A DNA stretch of 64,000 nt, taken from Bacteroidales bacterium UBA4772. Lineage in GTDB: Bacteria; Bacteroidota; Bacteroidia; Bacteroidales; VadinHA17. The notes under the pieces were generated by a model, which was not told where the DNA came from, did no database searches, and saw nothing but the letters and a program-made list of their open reading frames with translations. The translations under genes and the position numbers were made by a program. This document shows, piece by piece, positions 1 to 9,819 of this stretch (position 1 is the stretch's first letter; every line of letters begins with the position of its first letter). Location of the stretch: the NCBI GenBank assembly GCA_002403305.1, contig DHHM01000016.1:122490-186489 (forward strand). Reading direction: 5' to 3'.

Positions 1-204
1 GATCCCGTCAGCCTCTTTCTCAGCCATCTCGCTGTAGGCAGAATAGTCAAGCGCCTTGATCCTGTTACCGTTGACCTCATCGTCACGTACCTTGCCGATG
101 AATATTGAGACTGCCCCGGCACCGTTGTCATCATTGCCCAGTGTCATCAGCTCCGAAATAAGAAGAGGTGTAATTGGCCCCCCGACCAGATACCTGTTTT
201 TCAT
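1..204 (-). CDS. moaE: Molybdopterin synthase catalytic subunit MoaE (N-terminal 68 aa only; gene runs off the window start)
   Basis: My translation of the minus strand from the ATG at 202-204 gives MKNRYLVGGPITPLLISELMTLGNDDNGAGAVSIFIGKVRDDEVNGNRIKALDYSAYSEMAEKEADGI. The GAxxxFxGxVR...L.Y.aY..MA pattern is MoaE-like. The gene lies directly downstream of a MoaD-like gene. Confidence 0.7.
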   Translation of the reverse strand, partial: MKNRYLVGGPITPLLISELMTLGNDDNGAGAVSIFIGKVRDDEVNGNRIKALDYSAYSEMAEKEADGI

Positions 205-289
205 CTGTTAACTGTTAATTATTTAAGGGTCAGATGGAACCGCATGATTATTTCTCTCATGCCTGTTTCATTTGGCAGAATTAAATAGG

Positions 290-532
290 TTAACCCCCTT
301 CAAAAGGAGGAAGTATTGCAATTATATCATTTTCTTTCAGCAGTGATTCCTCTTTAAGCAGATTTCTGTTGAGGGCGAGCCTGAAGGTGACCCTGCTCAT
401 TGCCGGGTATCTTTCAAGTATCTGCTCGCACAGGGATGCCGTATCTTCTGCCGTAAAATCCTCGGAAGCCTTGCCGGCAACCTGCTGTGCAGCACCAAAA
501 TAGAGAACCTTAACCTGTGTTGCCATGGTCAA
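290..532 (-). CDS. moaD: Molybdopterin synthase sulfur-carrier subunit MoaD (ThiS/MoaD family)
   Basis: 80-aa ORF ending in the diagnostic C-terminal Gly-Gly (...ILPPFEGG). Size and the VLYFG...AG pattern fit MoaD. Followed by moaE. Overlaps the polA stop by 4 nt. Confidence 0.75.
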   Translation of the reverse strand: MTMATQVKVLYFGAAQQVAGKASEDFTAEDTASLCEQILERYPAMSRVTFRLALNRNLLKEESLLKENDIIAILPPFEGG

Positions 533-3435
533 TGTGCCTCCAGCCAGTTGTTACCCGTACCTGTGTCAACCTCCAGCGGTATGGCCAGGTCTGCGGCACC
601 CTTCATCTCTTCGATGACCAGCCTCCTTAGTTTTTCCACCTTGCCGGCATCAACCTCAAAGATAAGTTCGTCATGCACCTGGAGTATCATCTTTGCCCCG
701 GGCATCTCTCTCTCAAGCCTTCCGGCGATCCTGACCATGGCTATCTTGATGATGTCCGCAGCGCTGCCCTGTATGGGCGCATTGATGGCATTGCGTTCGG
801 CATTGCCCCTTACCACCTGGTTTCTCGAGTGAATATCGGGCAGCCAGCGGCGTCGGCCGAACATTGTCGTCACATAGCCCGACTCCCGTGCACGGCTGAT
901 GCTCTCATCCATGTAAACCTTCACCCCGGGGTATGAGTTGAAATAACCGTCAATCAGCTCTTTGGCCTCCTTGCGCCCTATGGTCAGCCTTTCGGAGAGC
1001 CCGAAGGCGGAGATGCCATAGATAATCCCGAAGTTGGCTGTCTTGGCTTTTGCCCGCATCTCGCGCGTCACCTCATCAAGGGCGACTTTGAAGATCTTGG
1101 CAGCCGTAGCCGAATGAATATCCTGTCCTGAAAGAAAGTCGGATATCATCGACTCGTCGCCGCTCAGGTGAGCCATAAGCCTCAGCTCTATCTGTGAATA
1201 GTCGGCGCTGAGAAAGATCTTACCCTCTGCAGGAATGAAGGCTTTTCTGATCTCGCGCCCCTCGGCGTCACGCACCGGTATGTTCTGCAGATTAGGATTC
1301 GTTGAACTCAGTCTGCCGGTTGATGCAACGGCCTGGTTATATGTAGTGTGTATCCTGCCGGTAACAGGACTGACCAGTCCGGGCAGTGCCTCGACATAGG
1401 TAGAGAGCAGTTTCTTCACACCCCGATACTCAAGGACCTTGCCTATTACAGGGTGCCTGGGTGACAGCCTTTGCAACACCTCCTCATCGGTGCGGTACTG
1501 CTTTGTTTTTGTAAGCCGGACATTGTCATCAAGCTTCAGCCTCACGAAGAGTATCTCTCCCAGCTGTTTGGGAGAGGAGATGTTAAATTCCTGCCCGGCC
1601 AGGGTATAGATCTCCTTTTCAAGTTTTATCAATGTCTCACGCAGTGTGACGGCAAAACTGTTAAGAGCATCACTGTCGAGCATGACGCCTGTCCTCTCCA
1701 TATCGGCAAGAACAGCTATCAGGGGCATTTCGATGTCGGCAGCCAGTTTTTCAAGGCCCTCTTTTTTGAGTATCGGAGCAAACTTCTCCTTCAACTGCCA
1801 GGTAACATCGGCATCCTCCACTGAATATTCCCTGAGCTGCTCCCTGCCAACATCCCTCATGTTCTTCTGTTTGGGACCTCGTTCGCCAATGAGCTCTTCT
1901 ATATGAACAGGTTCATAGTTAAGGTAGCTGGCCGAGAGCAGGTCCATGTTATGACGCATGTCGGGCTCAAGGAGGTAATGTGCTATCATTGTGTCAAACA
2001 GGGGACCCCTGACCCTGATACCGTATCCTGACAGCACCTGGATATCAAATTTCAGGTTTTGTCCTGTTTTGACGATTTTTTCATCTTCAAACACTCTCCG
2101 GAAAGGCTCCAGCCTCTGCAGTGCCTCCTCTCTGTCAGGCGGAAGCCACAGCATGGTTCCTGAGCCCTTCTGCCAGCTGAAGGCGACAGCTACGAGCGAG
2201 GTATTGAGAGGGTCGAGGGAGGTGGTCTCGGTGTCAAAGCAGAACTCTTTAAGTGCTGCAAGCCGTGCTGCCAGCTCCTCTGTCTCCTCCATGTTTCCTG
2301 CAACACTATATTCGTGAGGGGTATTGCTGATGTTTGAGGCGGATGAACGCGTTGCGGCGGCAGGGTTGCCGAAAAGTGTTCCCTGGCTGCCGGCGCTGGC
2401 TTCAGAGGCAGCATCGCCGAAGAGAGTCCCCGCGCTTCCGGACCCTGGTTCAGAGGCTGCTGCGCCAAAGATGGTTCCCGTACCGCCTGGTGATTCAGAG
2501 GTTGATGCCTCTGTTCCGGCAACATCATGCCGGGGTTTTCCTGAGGTGCTACCGGCTGATACCGGGAGTCGTGAGGCCATAGTCCTGAACTCCAGCTCCT
2601 CATAGAGCGTTCGCAGTGCCTCCGGATCTGCCCCGCTGCGGTGGAACTCCTCGTGACGGAATTCCAGCGGCACATTCTGTTCGATTGTCGCCAGCCGCTT
2701 TGAGAGGAGGATCTGTTCCCTGTTCTGCTCCAGGATGTCCTTCTGCCGGCCTGAGAGCTCCGATGTCTTGCCCAGAAGGCTCTCAATGTCTCCGTGCTCG
2801 CTGATGAGCCTGCAGGCTGTCTTAGGGCCTATTCCCGGGGCGCCGGGGATATTGTCAGAGCTGTCGCCCATAAGGCCGAGGAGATCGGTAATATTTGACG
2901 GGGCGACGCCGTACTCCCTCATGATTTCATCTTCTCCCCATATCTCGGCTTCGCCGCCACCGCGTCCGGGACGGTACATCTTCACTCTGTTGGTGACAAG
3001 CTGTGCAAAGTCCTTGTCAGGTGTCATCATGTATGCCATGAAACCATCTTCCGATGCCTTTCGTGCCAGCGTGCCTATGACATCGTCGGCCTCGAAGCCC
3101 GGCACCTCCACGATGGGAATGCGGTATGCCTCGAGCAGCCGCTTGATATAGGGCACTGCTATTTTGATATCCTCGGGGGTAGCGTCACGGTTGGCCTTGT
3201 ATGCCGGGTATATCTCATTTCTGAAGGTAGGTCCGGGGGGGTCAAATACAACGGCTATATGCGTGGGATTCTGTTTCTTAAGCAGATCTTCCAGGGTGAG
3301 AAGAAATCCAAACACCGCAGAGGTGTTCATCCCTCTGGATGTCACGCGAGGATTCCTGATGAATGCATAGTATGACCTGAATATCAACGCATAAGCATCA
3401 AGTAAAAAAAGCCTTTTGTCCTTTTCTTCTGCCAT
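529..3435 (-). CDS. polA: DNA polymerase I
   Basis: 976-aa ORF with a 5'-3' exonuclease N-terminus (LLDAYALIFRSYYA, GFEADD), a 3'-5' exo region (FDTETTSLD), and polymerase motifs (DYSQIELR, RRxAKxxNFGIIYG, QVHDEL). The start is probably MAEEKDKRLFLLD at 3435 rather than the upstream alternative start at 3459. Confidence 0.95.
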   Translation of the reverse strand: MAEEKDKRLFLLDAYALIFRSYYAFIRNPRVTSRGMNTSAVFGFLLTLEDLLKKQNPTHIAVVFDPPGPTFRNEIYPAYKANRDATPEDIKIAVPYIKRLLEAYRIPIVEVPGFEADDVIGTLARKASEDGFMAYMMTPDKDFAQLVTNRVKMYRPGRGGGEAEIWGEDEIMREYGVAPSNITDLLGLMGDSSDNIPGAPGIGPKTACRLISEHGDIESLLGKTSELSGRQKDILEQNREQILLSKRLATIEQNVPLEFRHEEFHRSGADPEALRTLYEELEFRTMASRLPVSAGSTSGKPRHDVAGTEASTSESPGGTGTIFGAAASEPGSGSAGTLFGDAASEASAGSQGTLFGNPAAATRSSASNISNTPHEYSVAGNMEETEELAARLAALKEFCFDTETTSLDPLNTSLVAVAFSWQKGSGTMLWLPPDREEALQRLEPFRRVFEDEKIVKTGQNLKFDIQVLSGYGIRVRGPLFDTMIAHYLLEPDMRHNMDLLSASYLNYEPVHIEELIGERGPKQKNMRDVGREQLREYSVEDADVTWQLKEKFAPILKKEGLEKLAADIEMPLIAVLADMERTGVMLDSDALNSFAVTLRETLIKLEKEIYTLAGQEFNISSPKQLGEILFVRLKLDDNVRLTKTKQYRTDEEVLQRLSPRHPVIGKVLEYRGVKKLLSTYVEALPGLVSPVTGRIHTTYNQAVASTGRLSSTNPNLQNIPVRDAEGREIRKAFIPAEGKIFLSADYSQIELRLMAHLSGDESMISDFLSGQDIHSATAAKIFKVALDEVTREMRAKAKTANFGIIYGISAFGLSERLTIGRKEAKELIDGYFNSYPGVKVYMDESISRARESGYVTTMFGRRRWLPDIHSRNQVVRGNAERNAINAPIQGSAADIIKIAMVRIAGRLEREMPGAKMILQVHDELIFEVDAGKVEKLRRLVIEEMKGAADLAIPLEVDTGTGNNWLEAH
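2365..2508 (-). repeat. Three in-frame 48-bp tandem repeats inside polA, encoding 16-aa units that each carry GT(I/L)FG
   Basis: GTIFG, GTLFG and GTLFG codons start at 2461, 2413 and 2365, exactly 48 nt apart. The peptide is TIFGAAASEPGSGSAG / TLFGDAASEASAGSQG / TLFGNPAAATRSSASN, in the linker between the 5' nuclease and 3'-5' exo domains. Confidence 0.85.
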
Positions 3436-3884
3436 CACCGGTTGTCTGATGCGTACCACTCGGCAAACGAGTTGGCCGTCTCATAAAGTTTCACGCTGTG
3501 AAGAGAGACACCTTCTGGTATCTTGTCGCTGATGATTGATGCAATATCCGAAACGATGTTTTCGCATGTCGGCTGGTATGGCGAGACAATGACATTGCTG
3601 AAGTGTTTCCTGTAGCTTTCTACAAGATCTGCAGGCGCCAGTCCGGATACCATCAGAGCATGGTCAAACCTGTTGACGACATGCTCCAGCACTATCCGCT
3701 TCAGATCTCTGAAGTCGATCACCATGCCGTTGCGCGGATGATCCGTATCATCAAGCGGCAGACCCGATAAGGTCACATAAAGAAGATATGAATGACCGTG
3801 CACGTTACGGCAGGGACCGTCATAATTCCACAGCACGTGCGCCATCTCAAACCTGAATTCCCTGGTTACCCTGATAACAGACAT
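3435..3884 (-). CDS. queD: 6-carboxy-5,6,7,8-tetrahydropterin synthase (QueD / PTPS family)
   Basis: The REFRFEMAHVL...CRNVHGHSY motifs (zinc-binding His, catalytic Cys) are typical of QueD/PTPS. The ORF-track start at 3905 is GTG. The ATG at 3884 (MSVIRVTREF) is more plausible. Confidence 0.8.
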   Translation of the reverse strand: MSVIRVTREFRFEMAHVLWNYDGPCRNVHGHSYLLYVTLSGLPLDDTDHPRNGMVIDFRDLKRIVLEHVVNRFDHALMVSGLAPADLVESYRKHFSNVIVSPYQPTCENIVSDIASIISDKIPEGVSLHSVKLYETANSFAEWYASDNR

Positions 3885-3995
3885 AGTACAATTATTGATG
3901 CTCACAAAAGTAACCTATTTATCACGATTTTTGTTTATCATGTTATTTCTCACTGATATTTACAACCTTAAATGTCGTACATAATTATTTAAGCG

Positions 3996-4003
3996 TACCT
4001 TTG
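3996..4003 (+). promoter_or_regulatory. Bacteroidota sigma-A -7 box (TAnnTTTG) for the acyl-CoA ligase gene
   Basis: Exact TACCTTTG, ending 20 nt upstream of the ATG at 4024, in an AT-rich intergenic region. Confidence 0.4.
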
Positions 4004-4023
4004 TTCCCTCAAAGTAATAAATT

Positions 4024-5664
4024 ATGGATAACAAGATGATGTTGACAATCCCGTTCCTTGCCGGAGAGAGCTTCAGAAAGCACGGCAGCAACAAGGCAAT
4101 GGGATTTGTGGGAGAGGATGTTATTACATACCATCAGCTCAGTAACCGTACCCGGGCGATAACCCGCCTGCTTGAAGAATACAGGGTGCAAAAGGGAGAC
4201 AGGGTGGCTCTCCTGAGCGGCAGCATGCCCAACTGGGGTGCGACCTACCTGGCAATAACCTCAATGGGTGCTGTGGCAGTACCTATACTTCCCGACTTCA
4301 CTGCCGGGGAGGTTTCAAATGTGATGGTACACTCAGGGGCCAAAGTACTTTTTGTATCCAATGCCCTGAGGCCAAAAATTGAGGGATTCAAATCAGAAAC
4401 GCTTGAGACGGTCATATCCAATGACGATTTCTCGGTAATATCGGGAAGCAACGGCGCCAGTTTTGATCCGGAAGGAAGGCCTGAAAGGGAATACCCGGTT
4501 GAGGAAGAGGATCTGGCGGTGATAATTTACACCTCCGGGACCACAGGCAAGTCGAAGGGAGTAATGCTGACTCATAAAAACATCTGTTTTACCGCACAGC
4601 AGGTGCTCACCATCCAGCAGGTGGTGGAGAGTGATGTGTTTCTGTCAATCCTTCCGCTATCTCACACCTACGAGCAGACACTCGGTCTGATACTTCCGCT
4701 TTTCAACGGAGCCGCGATATATTATCTGCGCAAGGCACCGACACCGTCAGTACTGCTGCCTGCACTTGAGATGGTGAGGCCTACGACGATGCTCACAGTG
4801 CCACTGATAATGGAAAAGATATATTTCAGCAAGATTCTTCCGACATTCGAGAAGAACAGGCTGGTATCCTTTCTCTATCACAAAACCCCCGTGCGCAGGC
4901 TTCTTAACAAGATTGCGGGGAAAAAGATATATGCGACATTCGGCGGCAGGCTGCGCTTCTTCGGCGTGGGTGGTGCCAAGCTCACTCCTACAGTTGAAAA
5001 ATTCCTTCTCGATGCGGGCTTCCCGTATGCCATCGGTTACGGACTTACTGAGACCGCACCGCTGCTGGCAGGCACAAAGGTCGGTTCCTGCAGGCTGGGT
5101 TCCACAGGACCGGCAATGGAAGGCGTGACACTTAAGATTCACAACCCCGACCCGGTTACCGGCGAGGGTGAAGTATGGGTAAGGGGCGACAATGTCATGA
5201 AAGGATATTATCGTGAGCCGCAGATGACGGCTGAAGTAATCACACCCGACGGATGGTTCCGTACCGGCGACCTTGGGCATCTCGACAAAGATAACTATCT
5301 TAGTATCAGAGGACGGCTTAAGAATATGATCGTTGGTTCAAGCGGTGAGAATATCTATCCTGAAGAGATTGAATCAGTCATAAACGACTTTGGGCACGTG
5401 ATTGAGTCTCTGGTGGTGCAGCAGAAGGGCAAGCTAGTTGCAATGGTCCATGTAAACATTGAGGAACTGCAGGCAAAATACCAGCAGATGAAGAAGGAGA
5501 TCACGGATCATGCGGAACATCTGGTGGAAGAATATCTTGAGGAGCTGCGCAGGTACGTCAATTCGAAGGTAAACAAATACAGCCAGTTGCAGCTTGTAGT
5601 TTACCAGCCTGAACCATTTCAGAAGACAGCAACGCTCAAGATAAAGAGATTTCTCTATTACTGA
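4024..5664 (+). CDS. Long-chain fatty acid--CoA ligase (AMP-binding / ANL superfamily)
   Basis: AMP-binding signature IYTSGTTGKSKGVMLTHKN, GYGLTE, and WFRTGDLG...RLKNMI motifs. 546 aa. Confidence 0.85.
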   Translation: MDNKMMLTIPFLAGESFRKHGSNKAMGFVGEDVITYHQLSNRTRAITRLLEEYRVQKGDRVALLSGSMPNWGATYLAITSMGAVAVPILPDFTAGEVSNVMVHSGAKVLFVSNALRPKIEGFKSETLETVISNDDFSVISGSNGASFDPEGRPEREYPVEEEDLAVIIYTSGTTGKSKGVMLTHKNICFTAQQVLTIQQVVESDVFLSILPLSHTYEQTLGLILPLFNGAAIYYLRKAPTPSVLLPALEMVRPTTMLTVPLIMEKIYFSKILPTFEKNRLVSFLYHKTPVRRLLNKIAGKKIYATFGGRLRFFGVGGAKLTPTVEKFLLDAGFPYAIGYGLTETAPLLAGTKVGSCRLGSTGPAMEGVTLKIHNPDPVTGEGEVWVRGDNVMKGYYREPQMTAEVITPDGWFRTGDLGHLDKDNYLSIRGRLKNMIVGSSGENIYPEEIESVINDFGHVIESLVVQQKGKLVAMVHVNIEELQAKYQQMKKEITDHAEHLVEEYLEELRRYVNSKVNKYSQLQLVVYQPEPFQKTATLKIKRFLYY

Positions 5665-5757
5665 CCCGGAGCCGGATGCCGGATGATGCAGACGTCATGT
5701 AACTGATGATAACGCCGTTCGGGTTTTTTTGCTAATTTGCGCCAAATTTTAACACCT

Positions 5758-6366
5758 ATGTCGGTTGCGAAAAAGTCACTGCTGCTGATCTTCTCCATAC
5801 TGCTTGTCGATCAGATCCTCAAGATCATCATTAAAACCAATATGGTCATTGGCGAGGAGATACATGTGGCAGGCAACTGGTTCCTGATACACTTCCTTGA
5901 GAACAACGGCATGGCTTTCGGTATGGAGTGGGGCGGCAAGGCCGGCAAGATAGCCCTTTCTGCATTCCGGATGCTGGCCATAGCAGGGATCTCGTGGTAT
6001 CTGGCCGGCATTATACGAAAGAAAGCCCATATAGGACTTGTACTGTCAGTCAGTGCAATAATCGCCGGCGCAGCAGGAAATCTCATTGACAGTGCCTTTT
6101 ACGGCCTGATCTTCAGTGAGAGCTGGCACACCCCGGCAGTCCTGTTCCCGGAGGGAGGAGGATATTCCTCATTTCTGACGGGAAGGGTGGTGGATATGTT
6201 CTATTTTCCGATTATAGACACGCAATGGCCCGAATGGTCGCCGATCAGACCCGGACAGTCATTTGTCTTTTTCAGACCCGTTTTCAATATTGCAGACGCA
6301 TCAATCACCACCGGAGTGATCGCAATACTTCTGTTCCAGAGAAAGTTTCTTGAAGAGAAAAGGTGA
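5758..6366 (+). CDS. lspA: Lipoprotein signal peptidase II
   Basis: ENNGMAFGM, GNLIDS, VVDMFYF and FNIADASI motifs with four hydrophobic segments. The ATG at 5758 is preferred over the TTG at 5737. Confidence 0.85.
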   Translation: MSVAKKSLLLIFSILLVDQILKIIIKTNMVIGEEIHVAGNWFLIHFLENNGMAFGMEWGGKAGKIALSAFRMLAIAGISWYLAGIIRKKAHIGLVLSVSAIIAGAAGNLIDSAFYGLIFSESWHTPAVLFPEGGGYSSFLTGRVVDMFYFPIIDTQWPEWSPIRPGQSFVFFRPVFNIADASITTGVIAILLFQRKFLEEKR

Positions 6367-6436
6367 TAATTGCATATATGTCCGGTTCTTTTCAACGCCA
6401 TGCTGTGAAAAACTATCCGGGTAAAACATTTTCTCT

Positions 6437-6444
6437 TATTTTTG
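6437..6444 (+). promoter_or_regulatory. TAnnTTTG -7 box for the polyprenyl synthase gene
   Basis: Exact TATTTTTG, ending 21 nt upstream of the ATG at 6466. Confidence 0.4.
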
Positions 6445-6465
6445 AGCTTATTACAGGCCGGAAAG

Positions 6466-7440
6466 ATGTCAACCATTGCAGATATTAAGAGCCCCGTTGC
6501 CGCAGAGATGCGCGATTTTGAGTCCTACTTCGCAAAGACGCTCCGTAGTGATATCCCATTTTTCCGGGTCATCCTTAATAATATCATACGCCGGAAGGGC
6601 AAGCAGCTAAGGCCTCTTCTGGTGTTTCTCTCCGCCAGGCTCCACGGCACCATCACCGAGACAACATACATAGCCGCCACCTTCATCGAGCTGCTTCATA
6701 CGGCCACCCTGGTGCATGATGACGTTGTTGATGATGCCTCGGAACGACGAGGACTGCCGACTGTCAATGTGCTTTACAACTCAAAGATCGCCGTGCTGGT
6801 TGGTGATTACCTGCTTGCACAGGGAATGCTTATCAGTGTTTCGAAGAAGCGTTTTGACATGCTTGGCATTGTCTCCGACGCCGTGAGGGAAATAGTAAAG
6901 GGAGAGCTGATACAGCTGCAGAAGACCCGCAGGCTGGATATAAGGGAAGAGGATTACTTCCGCATCATAAGGATGAAGACTGCGGCGCTGATTGCAGCTT
7001 GCACCGCCTGCGGCACCAGCTCTGTCACCGATGACCCGGAGACCATCGAAAAGATGAAATCGTTCGGCGTAAATGTGGGTGTGGCATTCCAGATAAAGGA
7101 TGACCTCCTTGACTATACAAGCAACGGACTGACGGGGAAGCGTGAAGGAAACGACATTAAGGAAAAGAAGATCACTCTGCCGCTGATTCATGCGCTGCGC
7201 GAGGCCGGACCGGCAGAGAGAAGGAAGATAAAGCGCATCATAAGGAAAAAGAAGAAATCGCGTGGTGAGATCAGGGAGGTGATCGCTTTTGTAAAAAATA
7301 ATCACGGCCTTGAATATGCCGAGACAAAAATGCAGGAGTATGCCGACAGGGCTATTCATATCCTTGAGGAATACCCCGAATCAGAAACCAGATCTGCAAT
7401 GATGGAATTTGTAATATTTTCAACACTGAGAAAAAAATGA
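6466..7440 (+). CDS. Polyprenyl diphosphate synthase (IspB/octaprenyl-type trans-isoprenyl diphosphate synthase)
   Basis: First and second Asp-rich motifs (LVHDDVVDD and FQIKDDLLDY). About 324 aa from the ATG at 6466 (the ORF-track start at 6442 is TTG). Confidence 0.85.
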   Translation: MSTIADIKSPVAAEMRDFESYFAKTLRSDIPFFRVILNNIIRRKGKQLRPLLVFLSARLHGTITETTYIAATFIELLHTATLVHDDVVDDASERRGLPTVNVLYNSKIAVLVGDYLLAQGMLISVSKKRFDMLGIVSDAVREIVKGELIQLQKTRRLDIREEDYFRIIRMKTAALIAACTACGTSSVTDDPETIEKMKSFGVNVGVAFQIKDDLLDYTSNGLTGKREGNDIKEKKITLPLIHALREAGPAERRKIKRIIRKKKKSRGEIREVIAFVKNNHGLEYAETKMQEYADRAIHILEEYPESETRSAMMEFVIFSTLRKK

Positions 7441-7877
7441 AAGATGTCGCCCGCTTCCTGTCACTGGAAAAGTATGCCATTGCAGGAGTGTCACGTGATC
7501 CGAAGAAATTCGGGCAGGTCATGTTCAAGGATCTGCGCAAAAAGGGAATGGATGTTGTCCCCATTAATCCCAACGCAGAATCGATCGACGGCGTGAGATG
7601 CTTTGGTTCCGTAAAGGAACTTCCATCAGACATCAGGGGGGTGATCTTTATGACACCAAAGGAAGAGACTGCCGCCGTTGCCAGGGAGGCCGCTGAACAC
7701 GGGATAAAGGATCTGTGGATCCAGCAGGGGGCAGAAACCAAATCGCTGGTTGAGGAATTTTCAAAGGAGGATCTGAACTTTATCCACAACCAGTGCATCC
7801 TGATGTTCTGGAAACCGAACGGAGTGCATTCCGTACACCGTTTTCTGAAGAAAATCTTCGGGGCACTTCCCGCGTAA
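7437..7877 (+). CDS. CoA-binding domain protein (YccU-like)
   Basis: 146 aa with YAIAGVSRDPKKFG...VPINP...IDG, as in small CoA-binding proteins. ATGA start/stop overlap with the upstream gene. Confidence 0.6.
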   Translation: MKDVARFLSLEKYAIAGVSRDPKKFGQVMFKDLRKKGMDVVPINPNAESIDGVRCFGSVKELPSDIRGVIFMTPKEETAAVAREAAEHGIKDLWIQQGAETKSLVEEFSKEDLNFIHNQCILMFWKPNGVHSVHRFLKKIFGALPA

Positions 7878-7972
7878 ACTAAAATTTTTAAATGTCAGGA
7901 GGTTAAGACGTCACCCACAGCCTCGTTAGTCGCTGTGATTCAGGTGATTATCAAGACTGGTGAGGCTGATTG

Positions 7973-7984
7973 TTCCACGTGGAA
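7973..7984. repeat. 12-bp perfect palindrome TTCCACGTGGAA between convergent gene ends (possible hairpin or operator)
   Basis: Read directly. It lies 5 nt beyond the uvrC stop codon. The 14-nt string TGTTCCACGTGGAA recurs in the palindrome at 12030-12053. Confidence 0.35.
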
Positions 7985-7989
7985 AATAG

Positions 7990-9783
7990 TCATTTTTGGA
8001 GGGCTGCGATCACTATCGCAGCCTTTTGCTTCCCGATTGCCGCCTCAAGTTCTGCCGGGGAGGCTTCAGCTGCCTTTCTGACCGAACCGAATCTCTTAAG
8101 CAGTTTTTCCTTGGTTTTCTCCCCTATGCCCGGGATCTCATCGAGAAGAGAACTGTTCATGCCGGCACTTCTCCGGTTGCGGTGAAAGTTAATGCCGAAT
8201 CTGTGTGCTTCGTTCCTGAGATGCTGAATGATCTTCAGCGTTATGCTGTTCCTGTCGAGATAGAGAGGAACAGAATCACCGGGGAAATATATTTCCTCAA
8301 GTTTCTTTGCAATACCAATGACGGTAATCCTTCCTCTCAGTCCAAGAGACTCAAGGCTCTTAACTGCCGATGAGAGCTGCCCTTTGCCGCCATCTATCAC
8401 TATCAGCTGAGGCAGTGGTTTCCCTTCATCAAGCATTCTCCTGTATCGGCGGAATAGCACCTCCTCCATGGAGGCGTAGTCGTCGGGCCCGGTAACACTC
8501 TTTATGTTGAAATGACGGTATTCACTGTTGCTGGGTTTACCGTTACGGAAGACGACACAGGCCGCTACCGCTGATTCTCCCTGTATGTTAGAGTTGTCGA
8601 AACATTCGATATGAACAGGCAGCAGCGGCATGTGGAGATCCTTTTTCACCTTCTCAAGGTTTCTTTCGGTTCTTTTCTCCTTTGACTTTTCGGCTGCTTT
8701 CTTTTGTCGTTCAAGCTTGAAGAAGACCGCATTGCGCTCCGCCAGCTGTAGCAGCTTGAGCCTGTCGCCCCGCTTCGGAACACTGTATTTTACCCCCTCC
8801 TCCAGGATGTCAGGCATAACGGGAACGATTATCTCTGGTGAATCGCTTGAGACCCTCTGCCTGATCTCCGTGACAGCCGTTGACAGGACCGATTCCCTCT
8901 CCTCCTCCAGTCTCATCCTGAGCTCAACCGGCCAGCTCTGTACCACTGCGCCCGCAACAACCTTCATATAGCTGACATACAATGAGTTTTCATCTTCAGA
9001 ACAGCCGAAGACATCAACATTCCTGACAGAGCTGTTGACAACCACCGATTTACTCCGGTAGCGCGAAAGTATTTCAAGTTTCTCCTTTATTTTCTGGGCC
9101 TCCTCAAATTTCAGTTCAGCTGCATAATATTTCATCTCTTTCTCAAGATGTGCTGTGACTGAACTTATATCTCCCTTGATTATCTGCCTTATTTTCAATA
9201 TGTTCTGATTATATTCCGTTTCACTGATAAGCCCTGTGCATGGGGCTTTGCAGTTTCCCATATGATACTCCAGACAGACTTTGAATCTGCCTTCCTTAAT
9301 CTGCTTTTCGCGCAGGGGAAGCGAACATGTCCTTATCTGGTAAAGCTGCCTGATAAGTTCAAGCAGTGTACGTACGGCAGGTACAGAAGTGTATGGACCA
9401 AAATATGATGATCCGTCGGCAATCAGTTTGCGGGTCATGAACACACGCGGAAAGTGCTCATTCTTAATGCATATCCAGGGATAGGTCTTATCATCCTTCA
9501 GGAGAATATTGTACCTCGGCTGATGCTTTTTTATTAGGGAGTTTTCCAGAAGCAGTGCCTCCGACTCATTGTCAACCACAATATGGCGCAGTTCTGCCGC
9601 TCTTGAAAGCATCACGCGGGTTTTTCCCGATTGTTGTCCCGAGAAGTATGAGGCCACCCTTTTGCGCAGGCTGCGGGCTTTACCTACGTAAAGTATTGTT
9701 CCCGAGGCATCTGCGAACTGGTAGACGCCCGGGCTGTCCGGGAGGTTTGGGACTGTAGATCGTATATTTTCCTTTTCTGGCAA
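7990..9783 (-). CDS. uvrC: Excinuclease ABC subunit C
   Basis: GIY-YIG N-terminus (PGVYQFADASGTILYVGKA...RYN), UvrBC domain, RNase H-like endonuclease region and C-terminal (HhH)2 (LDEIPGIGEKTKEKLLKRFGS). The apparent start is TTG. Confidence 0.95.
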   Translation of the reverse strand: MPEKENIRSTVPNLPDSPGVYQFADASGTILYVGKARSLRKRVASYFSGQQSGKTRVMLSRAAELRHIVVDNESEALLLENSLIKKHQPRYNILLKDDKTYPWICIKNEHFPRVFMTRKLIADGSSYFGPYTSVPAVRTLLELIRQLYQIRTCSLPLREKQIKEGRFKVCLEYHMGNCKAPCTGLISETEYNQNILKIRQIIKGDISSVTAHLEKEMKYYAAELKFEEAQKIKEKLEILSRYRSKSVVVNSSVRNVDVFGCSEDENSLYVSYMKVVAGAVVQSWPVELRMRLEEERESVLSTAVTEIRQRVSSDSPEIIVPVMPDILEEGVKYSVPKRGDRLKLLQLAERNAVFFKLERQKKAAEKSKEKRTERNLEKVKKDLHMPLLPVHIECFDNSNIQGESAVAACVVFRNGKPSNSEYRHFNIKSVTGPDDYASMEEVLFRRYRRMLDEGKPLPQLIVIDGGKGQLSSAVKSLESLGLRGRITVIGIAKKLEEIYFPGDSVPLYLDRNSITLKIIQHLRNEAHRFGINFHRNRRSAGMNSSLLDEIPGIGEKTKEKLLKRFGSVRKAAEASPAELEAAIGKQKAAIVIAALQK

Positions 9784-9811
9784 AGAGGGTTTGAATTTAT
9801 TTCACTTTCCC

Positions 9812-9819
9812 CAAAGGTA
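9812..9819 (-). promoter_or_regulatory. TAnnTTTG -7 box for uvrC
   Basis: Minus-strand TACCTTTG, 28 nt upstream of the TTG start at 9783. Confidence 0.3.

Noticed and set aside
2190-2786. 198-aa ORF and several 60-140-aa ORFs on both strands inside polA
   Set aside because: They are out of frame with or antisense to a clearly intact polA, and they have Arg/Ser/Pro-rich low-complexity translations typical of shadow ORFs.
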